A stretch of 64,000 nucleotides of DNA from Defluviicoccus sp. (lineage in GTDB: Bacteria; Pseudomonadota; Alphaproteobacteria; MPNO01), in NCBI GenBank assembly GCA_028820505.1, contig JAPPIT010000034.1:25565-89564 (forward strand). Direction: 5' to 3'. Each line of letters opens with the position of its first letter. Positions within the stretch are counted from its first letter, which is position 1. The notes beneath the pieces were generated by a model that ran no database searches, was not told where the DNA came from, and saw nothing but the letters and a program-made list of their open reading frames with translations. Below are positions 35,299 to 43,756 of the stretch, piece after piece. The translations under genes and the position numbers were made by a program.

Positions 35299-35688
35299 CT
35301 ATCCCGCCCGCTTCTTCGCCTCTGCGGTCAGCCTGTCCGCCCCGGTCGCCAGCTTCTTCGTCGCTGCCGTCAGCTTCCTCGCCTGTTCCGCACTCCTTCG
35401 CGCGTTTGCGGCCAGCCTTCGCAACTCCGCGATCCTGCGGTCGATCTTCTCCACCGCGCGGGCTTGCGGGCTCGATTCCCTCAGATTCTTGAGATGAGCC
35501 GCGGCTGTCTTCGTTTTCCTGTCCTTGAGGGCGGCCTCCGTCCATTGCTCGTATTTCCCGAACACCCGTCGCAACCCCCCGCGCGCGCGGACGTTCTCCG
35601 GTTCGAGGGCCTGCGCCTTCCGATAACAGTCGATCGCGGCCCGCGCGCCATCTTCGGTCAGGCTGTCCGGGGGAAACGGCTCTCGCAC
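35299..35688 (-). CDS. hypothetical TPR-like/coiled-coil protein (or out-of-frame C-terminal extension of the PP2C gene)
   Basis: C-terminal 129 codons of a longer GC-junk ORF look protein-like (…AIDCYRKAQALEPENVRARGGLRRVFGKYEQWTEAALKDRK…AELRRLAANARRSAEQARKLTAATKKLA…); only a GTG start overlapping the PP2C end by 30 nt is available. Confidence 0.25.
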   Translation of the reverse strand: MREPFPPDSLTEDGARAAIDCYRKAQALEPENVRARGGLRRVFGKYEQWTEAALKDRKTKTAAAHLKNLRESSPQARAVEKIDRRIAELRRLAANARRSAEQARKLTAATKKLATGADRLTAEAKKRAG

Positions 35689-36665
35689 TCCGCGACCTGC
35701 CTGTCGCCCGGGTTCGAGGGGGCCAGCCAGTCCGCGTCCAGCGTGCCGGCCGCGATGCCCGCCAGCAGGCCGACCATCAGCACGGCGGCGAAGCTCGCCA
35801 ACCGGCGGCCGGACCGCGCCGCCGCCTCGGGTTCGCCGGCGGCGCCCACCGGATCCGTGCGGTGAGCGGCCCGATCGCCCGCCGCGGAGTCGCCGGACAG
35901 CAACAGGAAGGTCACGTTGTCCTGGTTCGGCCCCGCCACGCGCTCGACCGTGGCGAGCAGCGCGCTGGCGGCGTTTTCCGCGCCGCCGCCCGCCCGGACG
36001 AGACAGGCTTCGATCTCTTCCTCCGAAAGGGTCTCCAGCCCGTCGCTCGCGATCAGCAGGTAGTCGCCGGGCCGCAGGCGGCAGGAACGCTCGGCGCGGT
36101 CGACGAGGCTCGCGGGCACGCCCGTCACCGCGGAACGCAGCATGTTGCGCCGGCGGTCGCCCAGCGCCTCCTCTCGGGTCATCTCGCCGTCGCGGACGAG
36201 GGATTCGAGGACCGGCATCATGGAATGGTCCTCGTTCAACCGCTCCAGCCGGCCGTCGGCGAACAGCCACATCGGCGAGTCCCCGACGCTCAGCCAGGAC
36301 AGGCGCCGCCCGTCATAGAGCGCGGCCACGACGGTGCTGCCCATCCCCGCGAGCCGCGGATCGTTCTGTTCCTGCTCCGCCAGGCTGGCCGTGGCCTGCG
36401 CCAGGCACTCGCGCAGACGCGTACCGATCGAGCCGGTCGAACTCTCGAATTGCCGGATGAATGTCCGGACCACGGTATCGCTGGCGATCGCTCCCCCGGC
36501 TTCGCCCCCCATACCGTCGGCGAGCACCATGAGCAGCGCGGGCGGATCCCCGGGTTCGACCGCCTCGACCTCCAGCGCCCCGGAATCGTCCTCCTGGTAG
36601 CGCCGCCCGCCTTGCCATTCCCGGTGCGCCAACGGCCACCCGGGTACCAGGGGAGCCTCCGTCAT
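35658..36665 (-). CDS. PP2C-family Ser/Thr protein phosphatase with C-terminal membrane anchor
   Basis: PP2C motifs (…YQEDDSG…VLADGMGGEAGG…SDGL…); C-terminal TM helix LASFAAVLMVGLLAGIAAG; start MTEAPLV at 36665. Confidence 0.8.
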   Translation of the reverse strand: MTEAPLVPGWPLAHREWQGGRRYQEDDSGALEVEAVEPGDPPALLMVLADGMGGEAGGAIASDTVVRTFIRQFESSTGSIGTRLRECLAQATASLAEQEQNDPRLAGMGSTVVAALYDGRRLSWLSVGDSPMWLFADGRLERLNEDHSMMPVLESLVRDGEMTREEALGDRRRNMLRSAVTGVPASLVDRAERSCRLRPGDYLLIASDGLETLSEEEIEACLVRAGGGAENAASALLATVERVAGPNQDNVTFLLLSGDSAAGDRAAHRTDPVGAAGEPEAAARSGRRLASFAAVLMVGLLAGIAAGTLDADWLAPSNPGDRQVAECESRFPRTA

Positions 36666-36698
36666 CGGTCGCGGCCGGCTCCTGCGTGTCAGATGAAT

Positions 36699-36720
36699 TT
36701 TCCGCATGGAATCCGCATGC
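36699..36720. repeat. tandem direct repeat TTCCGCATGGA / ATCCGCATGCC (11-bp period) in a divergent promoter region
   Basis: CCGCATG occurs twice exactly one helical turn apart, between the divergent PP2C and proline-racemase-family genes. Confidence 0.3.
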
Positions 36721-36874
36721 CTTCGATATGGCAAGGCCGTCCGCCTCGATCGATCCGTGGCGGAAGGTCGCATACATTGCAAACTGAGACACTACCCCCG
36801 GATACTTGTCCCGGTCGTGGGGCTTCATCTCGTTCTCGCCCCGACCGTCTGTTATGTACCGCGCGGACGCACCC

Positions 36875-37816
36875 ATGCGCGTAATCGATTCCCATACCGC
36901 GGGCGAGCCCACCCGCGCGATCGTCGAAGGCGGCCCCGAATTGGGGGTGGGCAGGCTTGCCGAGCGGGCGGCCCGGTTCGAATCCCGCCACGCCTGGATC
37001 CGGAGCGCCTTGCTGACCGAGCCGCGCGGCTTCGACGCCATGGTGGGCGCGCTGCTTTGCCCGCCCGACGATCCGTCCTGCGCGACCGGAATCGTCTTCT
37101 TCGACACCGCCGGCAATCTCGGTATGTGCGGCCACGGCACCATTGGCGTGGCGGCGACGCTGGCCTTCCTCGGCAGGATCGCGCCGGGGACGCACCGGTT
37201 CGAGACGCCGGTGGGCGTGGTCGCGGTCGAGGCGAAGAGCGCCAACGAGATCGCGGTGGAGAACGTCGAGAGCTATCGGCGGGAAGCCGGCGCGAGCGTA
37301 GAGGTCGAGGGGCTGGGCCGCGTGACCGGCGACGTGGCGTGGGGCGGCAACTGGTTCTTTCAGTGCCCGAAAGCGCCGCTGCCGCTGGAAATGGAGAACG
37401 TCCCGGCGCTGACCGACGCGGCGGCGCGGGTGCAGACGGCGCTCGCCCGGGCCGGAATCGCCGGCGCGGACGGCGCCAGGGTGGACCATATCCAGTTCTT
37501 CGGCCCGCCATCCTCCGCCGCCGCCGACAGCCGCAATTTCACCCTCTGCCCCGGCGGCGCCTACGACCGGTCGCCCTGCGGAACCGGGACCAGCGCGAGG
37601 CTCGCCTGCCTCGCCGCCGACGGTGCCCTGGCGCCAGGCGAGACCTGGGTGCAGGAGAGCATCATCGGCAGCACCTACCGCGCGCACTACCGGCAGGGCG
37701 CGGGCGGCGGCATCGTCCCGACGGTGGAGGGGCGGGCCTTCGTCGTCGGCGAAACGGTGCTCCATTTCGCGCCGGACGACCCCTACCGGACCGGGATCGG
37801 ACCACCGCGGCCGTAG
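36875..37816 (+). CDS. proline racemase family protein (4-hydroxyproline 2-epimerase / proline racemase type, Cys/Cys)
   Basis: MRVIDSHTAGEPTR N-terminus; first catalytic Cys in LGMCGHGTIG, second in SPCGTGTSA (Cys, not Thr, so epimerase/racemase rather than dehydratase type). Confidence 0.85.
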   Translation: MRVIDSHTAGEPTRAIVEGGPELGVGRLAERAARFESRHAWIRSALLTEPRGFDAMVGALLCPPDDPSCATGIVFFDTAGNLGMCGHGTIGVAATLAFLGRIAPGTHRFETPVGVVAVEAKSANEIAVENVESYRREAGASVEVEGLGRVTGDVAWGGNWFFQCPKAPLPLEMENVPALTDAAARVQTALARAGIAGADGARVDHIQFFGPPSSAAADSRNFTLCPGGAYDRSPCGTGTSARLACLAADGALAPGETWVQESIIGSTYRAHYRQGAGGGIVPTVEGRAFVVGETVLHFAPDDPYRTGIGPPRP

Positions 37817-37828
37817 CGGAGCGGCCCG

Positions 37829-38842
37829 TCAGCGCCCTTTCACCAGCGGCATCACTTCGGCGGCGAAGGTCTCCAGCCCCTCCTTCATCGGGTAGAAGTG
37901 CACCATCGGGCAGTCGATGCCGATCGACTCGAAGTAGCGCAGGCGGTCGGCGACCTGGCGGGGCGTGCCGACGAGCCCCGCGCCGAGCCCCTTGGCGGCG
38001 ACCGCCGAGACCGGGTCGCGGCTGCCGTACTCTTCGAGCTCCCGGACCCGTTCCTCGGCCTCGCTCGCGCTCTCGGTACAGATGACGTGCGCGCTGATGC
38101 CGTAGGAGAGCGATCTGCCGTACGATTCCGCCCGCCGGTCGAGGTCCTCGATGTCGCGGGCCAGGCGGGCGATGTTGGCCTCTGCGTTGGCGTAGCCCGG
38201 ATCGTAGGCCACGAACCACACGTCGCAGGCGCGCGCCGCTACCTCCTTGCCCGCCTCGGACCGGCTGGCGGCATAGATCGGCGGGTTGGGAAGCTGGACC
38301 GGCCTGATGGGCAACCGACCCGATCGGCAGCGGTAGAATTCGCCGTCGAGGGTGAATGTCTCCTCGGTCCACAACCCCTTCATCACGTCGACGAACTCCC
38401 CCATGCGGCGATAACGATCGTCGGACCGGTCGAGCCAGCCGCCATTGCCGAAGACGTCGAACTCCTCCTCGTACCAGCCGTTGACCACGTTGACCGCGAA
38501 GCGCCCGCCGCTGATCCGGTCGAGCGAGGCCCCCATTTTGGCGGCGAGCTGGGGTGAGACGATGCCGGGGTGCACGGCACACATGAGCTCGATCCGGCTG
38601 GTGTGGGCGATGAGGGCGGCGGTCAATATCCACGCCTCCAGATCGGGGCCGAGATGGCGTTCGGCGATCAGCGTGGTCTCGAATCCCAGCGCCTCGGCGC
38701 GCCGGACGATGTCGACCGCGATCCGGAACGACCTGTCGGCGTCGCCGCCGGCGCCCGGCGTCCGGAGGTCGGAGACGGCATCCGCCATGGCGTCGTCGCT
38801 GCGCACCGTGTGCGGCAGCGGGGTCCAGATTCCGTATCGCAT
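37829..38842 (-). CDS. LLM-class (luciferase-like) flavin-dependent monooxygenase/oxidoreductase
   Basis: 337 aa, MRYGIWTP… N-terminus and TIM-barrel LLM sequence pattern. Confidence 0.85.
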   Translation of the reverse strand: MRYGIWTPLPHTVRSDDAMADAVSDLRTPGAGGDADRSFRIAVDIVRRAEALGFETTLIAERHLGPDLEAWILTAALIAHTSRIELMCAVHPGIVSPQLAAKMGASLDRISGGRFAVNVVNGWYEEEFDVFGNGGWLDRSDDRYRRMGEFVDVMKGLWTEETFTLDGEFYRCRSGRLPIRPVQLPNPPIYAASRSEAGKEVAARACDVWFVAYDPGYANAEANIARLARDIEDLDRRAESYGRSLSYGISAHVICTESASEAEERVRELEEYGSRDPVSAVAAKGLGAGLVGTPRQVADRLRYFESIGIDCPMVHFYPMKEGLETFAAEVMPLVKGR

Positions 38843-38884
38843 CCCTCGGCGTTCCTCGCTGTCGTTTCCGTTCCCGCGCCCCCC

Positions 38885-39190
38885 TCAGATCGGCGTTGCC
38901 TCGCCGCCCTCGACGATGACCTGTTCGACCTCGCCGGCGCCGTTGCGGCGGTAGGCGGCGGCGGCCTGATATTCGGGCGAGCGGTGACAGGCGACGGCTT
39001 CGTCGAAGGACGGAAACTCGACGACCACGAAGCGCTCGAAATGCTCCGGCCCCTCCATGATCCGGTAGTCGCCCCCGCGGGCGAGCACCTTGCCGCCGTA
39101 TTTCTCCAGGATCGCCGGAACGAGGTCGGTGTATTTCTTGTATTCGACAGGGTCGTGGATCTTCGAGCGGGCTACCCAATAGGCTGGCAT
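38885..39190 (-). CDS. DUF1330 domain protein
   Basis: 101-aa product MPAYWVARSKIHDPVEYKKY…FERFVVVEFPSFDEAVACHRSPEYQAA, typical DUF1330; ATG 39190 with GGAGA SD. The track ORF (329 aa) is mostly antisense read-through. Confidence 0.6.
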   Translation of the reverse strand: MPAYWVARSKIHDPVEYKKYTDLVPAILEKYGGKVLARGGDYRIMEGPEHFERFVVVEFPSFDEAVACHRSPEYQAAAAYRRNGAGEVEQVIVEGGEATPI

Positions 39191-39283
39191 GGCTGATCTC
39201 CGTCTTTGACGATGCGGTCCGGCTGGTATCCGGGGCGCGTCCCGCATAGGCTGTGCGGTACGCCACGCTGCGGGAGAAACGGC

Positions 39284-39751
39284 ATGCCGCTTTCGCACCT
39301 CGAACACTTCCTCGTGCAGACCGAGGATATCGAACGAACCAGGGACTGGTACTGCGGCGTGCTCGGCATGACCGCCGGGCCCACGCCCGATTTCAAGTTT
39401 CCCGTCGTCTGGCTCTATATCGGCGACCGCGACGTGGTGCACGTGACCGAAGGCGGCAAGGACGTTTCCGAGAACCGGATGGCCTATCTGGGCCAGCAAT
39501 CCGACGCCACGCAAGGGACCGGCGTGGTCGATCATATCGCGTTCCGGGCGACCGGGCTGAGGAAGACGATGTCCCGTTTCTCCGAGCTGGGGGTCGAGTT
39601 CGCGCAGCGCCAGGTCGCCGACCAGGGCCTCTACCAGCTGTTCCTGTTCGACCCGAACGGCATCAAGATCGAGCTCAATTTCGACGCCGAGGAGGCGGCG
39701 GGGCTGACGCCGGAGGTGATGGCCTCCGATCTCGACCCGGCGAACGCCTAG
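39284..39751 (+). CDS. VOC (glyoxalase/bleomycin-resistance/dioxygenase) family protein
   Basis: 155 aa; HLEHFLVQTEDIERTRDWYCGVLGM…DHIAF; ATG at 39284 with GGGAGAAA 8 nt upstream. Confidence 0.75.
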   Translation: MPLSHLEHFLVQTEDIERTRDWYCGVLGMTAGPTPDFKFPVVWLYIGDRDVVHVTEGGKDVSENRMAYLGQQSDATQGTGVVDHIAFRATGLRKTMSRFSELGVEFAQRQVADQGLYQLFLFDPNGIKIELNFDAEEAAGLTPEVMASDLDPANA

Positions 39752-39758
39752 ACCGCCG

Positions 39759-40685
39759 CTAATACCCCGCCTCTCGGTCGACTTCCTGGAGAAGCGGCTG
39801 GCCGGCCTCGCAGCGCCTGATGTTGGCGACGATCTGCGGCGCCAGCTGCGCGACGTTGGGGCGCCTCGCGACATGCGGCATGACGGTCACGCCCGGGTGA
39901 TCCCACAGCGGGCTTTCCGGCGGCAGCGGCTCCGGCGCATGCACGTCGAGCGCGGCGTGGTAGAGATGGCCCGAATCGAGCGCCGCGATCAGGTCGTCGA
40001 CAACCACATGCTCGCCGCGGCCGATATTGACGACCATGCCGCCCGCCGGCATCTTCGCGAACGCCTCCGCGTCCAGGATGCCGCGGGTTTCCCCGGTCAG
40101 GGGCAGCAGGCAGACCACGATGTCGGAGCGTTCGAGGATCGCGTGGAAGCGGTCGCGGCCGGCATAGATCGGGATATCGGCATCGGGTCTGGGGGTCCGC
40201 GTCCAGGCGGCGATGTCGAACCCCATCTCGCGCAGGATACGGGCCGGTTTCCGCGCCATCGTGCCGTAGCCGAGAAAACCGACGGTGCGTTCCTCCGGCC
40301 GCTTTTGCCGCACTTCCTGCCATTCCCCGCGGCCCTGGCGCTCCCGGTAGGTCGGCATGCTCCGGTGGAGACGCAGCACGTGCATGACCGTGTATTCGGT
40401 CATCATCGGATCGCCGTCTTCCGGTTCCAGCTTGGAGAGTGGAACTTTCGGAAGCCTGGGATGCCTTATGAACCCGTCGACCCCGGCCTGGCGGGTCAGC
40501 ATCGCCTTGAGGTTGGGGAATTCCGGCCAGTCGTCCGGGCTGGGGCGGGTGAAGGCCAGGTATTCGATGTCGGCCGGATCGCCGACATCCGGCCAGAATC
40601 GCACTTCGAGGTCCGGCAACCCGGCGGCGATCGCCGCGCGCCACTCCGCCTCCGTTCCCATCATCAGGTTGCTGATCAGAAGGGC
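39759..40685 (-). CDS. D-isomer-specific 2-hydroxyacid dehydrogenase (glyoxylate/hydroxypyruvate reductase A, GhrA-like)
   Basis: NAD-binding GFLGYGTMARKPARIL, catalytic …NIGRGEHVV…D…H… near the C-terminus; co-linear with E. coli GhrA by recall. Start uncertain: TTG 40685 with GGAGA SD, or ATG 40664; the track ORF to 41063 is unsupported. Confidence 0.75.
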   Translation of the reverse strand, partial: ALLISNLMMGTEAEWRAAIAAGLPDLEVRFWPDVGDPADIEYLAFTRPSPDDWPEFPNLKAMLTRQAGVDGFIRHPRLPKVPLSKLEPEDGDPMMTEYTVMHVLRLHRSMPTYRERQGRGEWQEVRQKRPEERTVGFLGYGTMARKPARILREMGFDIAAWTRTPRPDADIPIYAGRDRFHAILERSDIVVCLLPLTGETRGILDAEAFAKMPAGGMVVNIGRGEHVVVDDLIAALDSGHLYHAALDVHAPEPLPPESPLWDHPGVTVMPHVARRPNVAQLAPQIVANIRRCEAGQPLLQEVDREAGY

Positions 40686-40887
40686 CAAGGTCTTCGTCTC
40701 CCGGTTGGATATCGAATATGCCGTCGGACACGAAAGCGGCGACTGCCGAAATGGCCGCCGGTCGGGAAATGTTAGTCCATCGACGATTTTCCGGCCAAAC
40801 GACCTCGTGTCCCATCGTCCGGTGCCTCCATCGTGTATTCTCCGGGAGCCTGCGGGGTATCGGGGAGGATCCGAGTCGGACAGGGGA

Positions 40888-42012
40888 ATGACGGCGAAAC
40901 TGTTCGAACCGATAGAATTGCGTGGCTTGCGGCTTCCCAACCGCGTCGTCGTCGCGCCGATGACGCAGTTTTCCGCCGATGACGGCGTGGCGGGCGACTG
41001 GCACCTGATGCATCTTGGCCAATATGCGGTGTCAGGCGCGGCGCTGGTGCTGACCGAGTCCACCTATGTCGCGGCCAGCGCGCGCAATGCGCCGAGCTGC
41101 CTGTCGCTTTACTCCCACGAGCAGGAGGCCGCCGTGGCGCGCATCGCGCGGTTCTTCGAAGCGCATAGCGACGGGCATTTCGGGGTTCAGCTTTGCCATG
41201 CCGGTCGCAAGGCGTCGGCGCGGGAACCCTGGAAGGGCGGGGGGCCTCTGCCGGTCGACGAAGGGGGCTATGAAGCGGTCGCTCCCTCGACGGTGCCGCT
41301 CTCCGACAAGTGGCCGGCGCCGCGACCTCTGTCCGCCGAAGCCGTCTCCGAAGTGGTCCGGTGTTTCGTGGACGCGGCCCGGCGCGCGGAACGCGCCGGG
41401 GTCAAGGTTATCGAGTTGCACGGCGCGCACGGCTATCTGATCCATCAGTTTCTGTCGCCGCTGACCAACCGGCGGAACGACGAGTATGGGGGAAGCCTGG
41501 CCAACCGGATGCGATTCGCCCTCGACGTCTTCGAGGCCGTTCGGGCGGTTTGGCCGGCCGACCTCCCGGTCGGCATCCGGGTGTCCGCGACCGATTGGGT
41601 GACGGGCGGCTGGTCCGTCGAGGAGACCGTCGAACTCGCCCGGGCGCTCGATGCGCGGGGTTGCGACTACATCCACGTTTCCAGCGGGGGTTTGACACCG
41701 GCGCAGCGGATCGCCGTGGGGCCGGGATACCAGACCGGGTTCGCCGAGGCCGTGAAGGCCGCGGTCGACATGCCGGTCATCGCGGTCGGCCAGATCGGTG
41801 AGCCCCGTCAGGCCGAAGACGTCCTGGCTCGCGGGCAGGCGGACATGGTCGCCATGGCGCGGCCGATGCTGTTCAACCCGCGATGGGTCTGGCATGCGGC
41901 GCGGGAGCTGGGCGAGCCGATGGCCTATCCGCGCCAGTACGAACGCGGCCACCCGGACAGATGGGGCGCCAGCGGTATCAACGCGCCAGGCAATCTGATT
42001 CCGAAGGAATAA
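40888..42012 (+). CDS. Old-Yellow-Enzyme family NADH:flavin oxidoreductase (YqjM/NamA-like)
   Basis: 374 aa; VVAPMTQFSA…; CHAGRKAS; HGAHGYLIHQFLSP OYE signatures. Confidence 0.85.
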   Translation: MTAKLFEPIELRGLRLPNRVVVAPMTQFSADDGVAGDWHLMHLGQYAVSGAALVLTESTYVAASARNAPSCLSLYSHEQEAAVARIARFFEAHSDGHFGVQLCHAGRKASAREPWKGGGPLPVDEGGYEAVAPSTVPLSDKWPAPRPLSAEAVSEVVRCFVDAARRAERAGVKVIELHGAHGYLIHQFLSPLTNRRNDEYGGSLANRMRFALDVFEAVRAVWPADLPVGIRVSATDWVTGGWSVEETVELARALDARGCDYIHVSSGGLTPAQRIAVGPGYQTGFAEAVKAAVDMPVIAVGQIGEPRQAEDVLARGQADMVAMARPMLFNPRWVWHAARELGEPMAYPRQYERGHPDRWGASGINAPGNLIPKE

Positions 42013-42017
42013 ATCGT

Positions 42018-43193
42018 CTATCCGGCCGCGATGACCTCGTTGCCCGACGGCACCACGACGATCCCGTCGGCCGGGTCCCGTAGTGTGCCCGGCGGATCCT
42101 CGCCGCGCTCCACCGCGTCGATCGCCTCGTTCAGCAGACGCCGGAACATGACGATGCCGCGGTCCGATGTCGCCAGGTGTTCCAGCGCGTGGCGTGCGAT
42201 CGGCCGCTGGCTGACCTGCGCCTCCCAGTCGTCGGGCGTGCGCTGGGTTTCCTCGTAGTCTCGGACGACTTCCCCGTCGGGAGGTTGAAAGATCCTCTTG
42301 CCGGGATCGATGCGTTCGACGTGGAACCCGATCGTGTGTTCGTTATCGACCGGCACCCACCAGCCCACCATGCGGGCGCGCTCGGTCTCGCCGTCGGGAT
42401 CGGTACCGGTCACGTCGGGCGGCGGAATGCACTTTGCCGTCGGCACGAAAATGGTGGAGGTGCGGATCAGCCTGTTGCCGCCTTCCAGATCGGTCGTCCG
42501 GATGTAGGAGACATGCCGGTCGGAACGAACGAAGTCGATGGCGGGCTTGATTCCCATCACGTCGTCGAAATCGAACACGCTCCGATTGGCACCGTGGAGG
42601 GTGTAGATGTGGATCGGGTCGGCGGCGTTCTCGTGAAGCTGCAGCCAGTTGCACGCGGCCACGGCGCCCCGACTGTAATTGCGGTAGGCGAGATACTCGG
42701 CCTCCTCGTCCTCCAGGATGTCGTAGCGCGGCAATAGCGGCTTTTTCTCCGGCGGCCCGAGATACGCGAAGACCAGCCCGCGGTATTCCTCCGCCGGGTA
42801 CCACGGCTGGCGCACCTCTTTCTTGTATGGGCTTTTGGCGGGCTCGCCCGGTTGGTCGAGGCATCGGCCTTCCGCGTCGTAGTACCAGCCGTGGTAACAG
42901 CAGCGTAGGCCCTGCTCTTCGATCCTGCCGTATTCGAGCGATGTCCCCCGGTGTATGCAGTGCGCCCCCAGCACGCCGACCCGGCCCGACTTGTCGCGAT
43001 AGGCGACCAGCTCCTCGTCGAGGATTCTGAGGTACTTGGGAAAGTCCGCGAGCTCCGACGACAGGCAGACTGGATGCCAGTAGCGCCGCATCAGCTCGCC
43101 CATCGGCGTTCCGGCCCCGACATGGGTGAGCCTGACGTTCTCATCGGGAACGATGGCGTTGCGTCCGTATCCGGACCCGTCGATAGCAGTCAT
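42018..43193 (-). CDS. Rieske non-heme-iron oxygenase alpha (KshA/phthalate-dioxygenase-like)
   Basis: CIHRG…CCYHGW Rieske motif; RRYWHP N-terminal motif; start MTAIDGS at 43193. The track ORF (580 aa) has 190 aa of GC-junk upstream that overlaps the cupin gene. Confidence 0.8.
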   Translation of the reverse strand: MTAIDGSGYGRNAIVPDENVRLTHVGAGTPMGELMRRYWHPVCLSSELADFPKYLRILDEELVAYRDKSGRVGVLGAHCIHRGTSLEYGRIEEQGLRCCYHGWYYDAEGRCLDQPGEPAKSPYKKEVRQPWYPAEEYRGLVFAYLGPPEKKPLLPRYDILEDEEAEYLAYRNYSRGAVAACNWLQLHENAADPIHIYTLHGANRSVFDFDDVMGIKPAIDFVRSDRHVSYIRTTDLEGGNRLIRTSTIFVPTAKCIPPPDVTGTDPDGETERARMVGWWVPVDNEHTIGFHVERIDPGKRIFQPPDGEVVRDYEETQRTPDDWEAQVSQRPIARHALEHLATSDRGIVMFRRLLNEAIDAVERGEDPPGTLRDPADGIVVVPSGNEVIAAG

Positions 43194-43222
43194 CGGTACA
43201 ATCTCGTGGAGCGATGGAGCAT

Positions 43223-43753
43223 TCAGACGGGATCGGCGTTGACCAGGACCGCGGCGAGCAGGCAGGGCTCGTCGGTCCGCACGCTCCATGAGTGGTTGGT
43301 GCCGCGCTGGACCATGACGTCGCCGACCCGGAGACATACTTCGCCGGTATCGAGGATCGCCCAGATCTCGCCCTTCAGGACGACCAGATAATCCACCGTC
43401 GAGGTCTTGTGCATCATCGGATCGCTGCTCGCGATATCCGCCGCGTGTCCGGCGCCGATCGAGTCGAAGGCGTCCCGGGCGTCGGCGCGGTCGCGCAACG
43501 CGCTGTCGGGCGGAAACTCGACGATGCGGAAGACGGTCCCGCCCGGCCCCGGTTCGAGCACGACCGGACCGTCGGCGGCGTCGGTGCGTCCCGAATTGTC
43601 GGCCGGGGCGCCGTCGGTGCGCCACAGCTCGGTCAGCGCCAGGCCCGGCATCGATTCCATCTCTTTGACCGTGCCGGCGTCGCCGTCGATGACGAATACC
43701 GACTTGCCCCGGTCGTCGTGCGCCGTGACCACGCGGCGGATTTTCTCGACCAA
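43223..43753 (-). CDS. cupin-domain protein
   Basis: 176 aa; C-terminal cupin barrel segment (…YLVVLKGEIWAILDTGEVCLRVGDVMVQRGTNHSW…). Confidence 0.6.
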   Translation of the reverse strand: MVEKIRRVVTAHDDRGKSVFVIDGDAGTVKEMESMPGLALTELWRTDGAPADNSGRTDAADGPVVLEPGPGGTVFRIVEFPPDSALRDRADARDAFDSIGAGHAADIASSDPMMHKTSTVDYLVVLKGEIWAILDTGEVCLRVGDVMVQRGTNHSWSVRTDEPCLLAAVLVNADPV

Positions 43754-43756
43754 TTC

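Noticed and set aside
36689-39266. Several 300-530-aa ORFs on both strands overlapping the proline-racemase-family and LLM genes
   Set aside because: GC-driven antisense or alternative-frame ORFs; the genes called have specific catalytic motifs.
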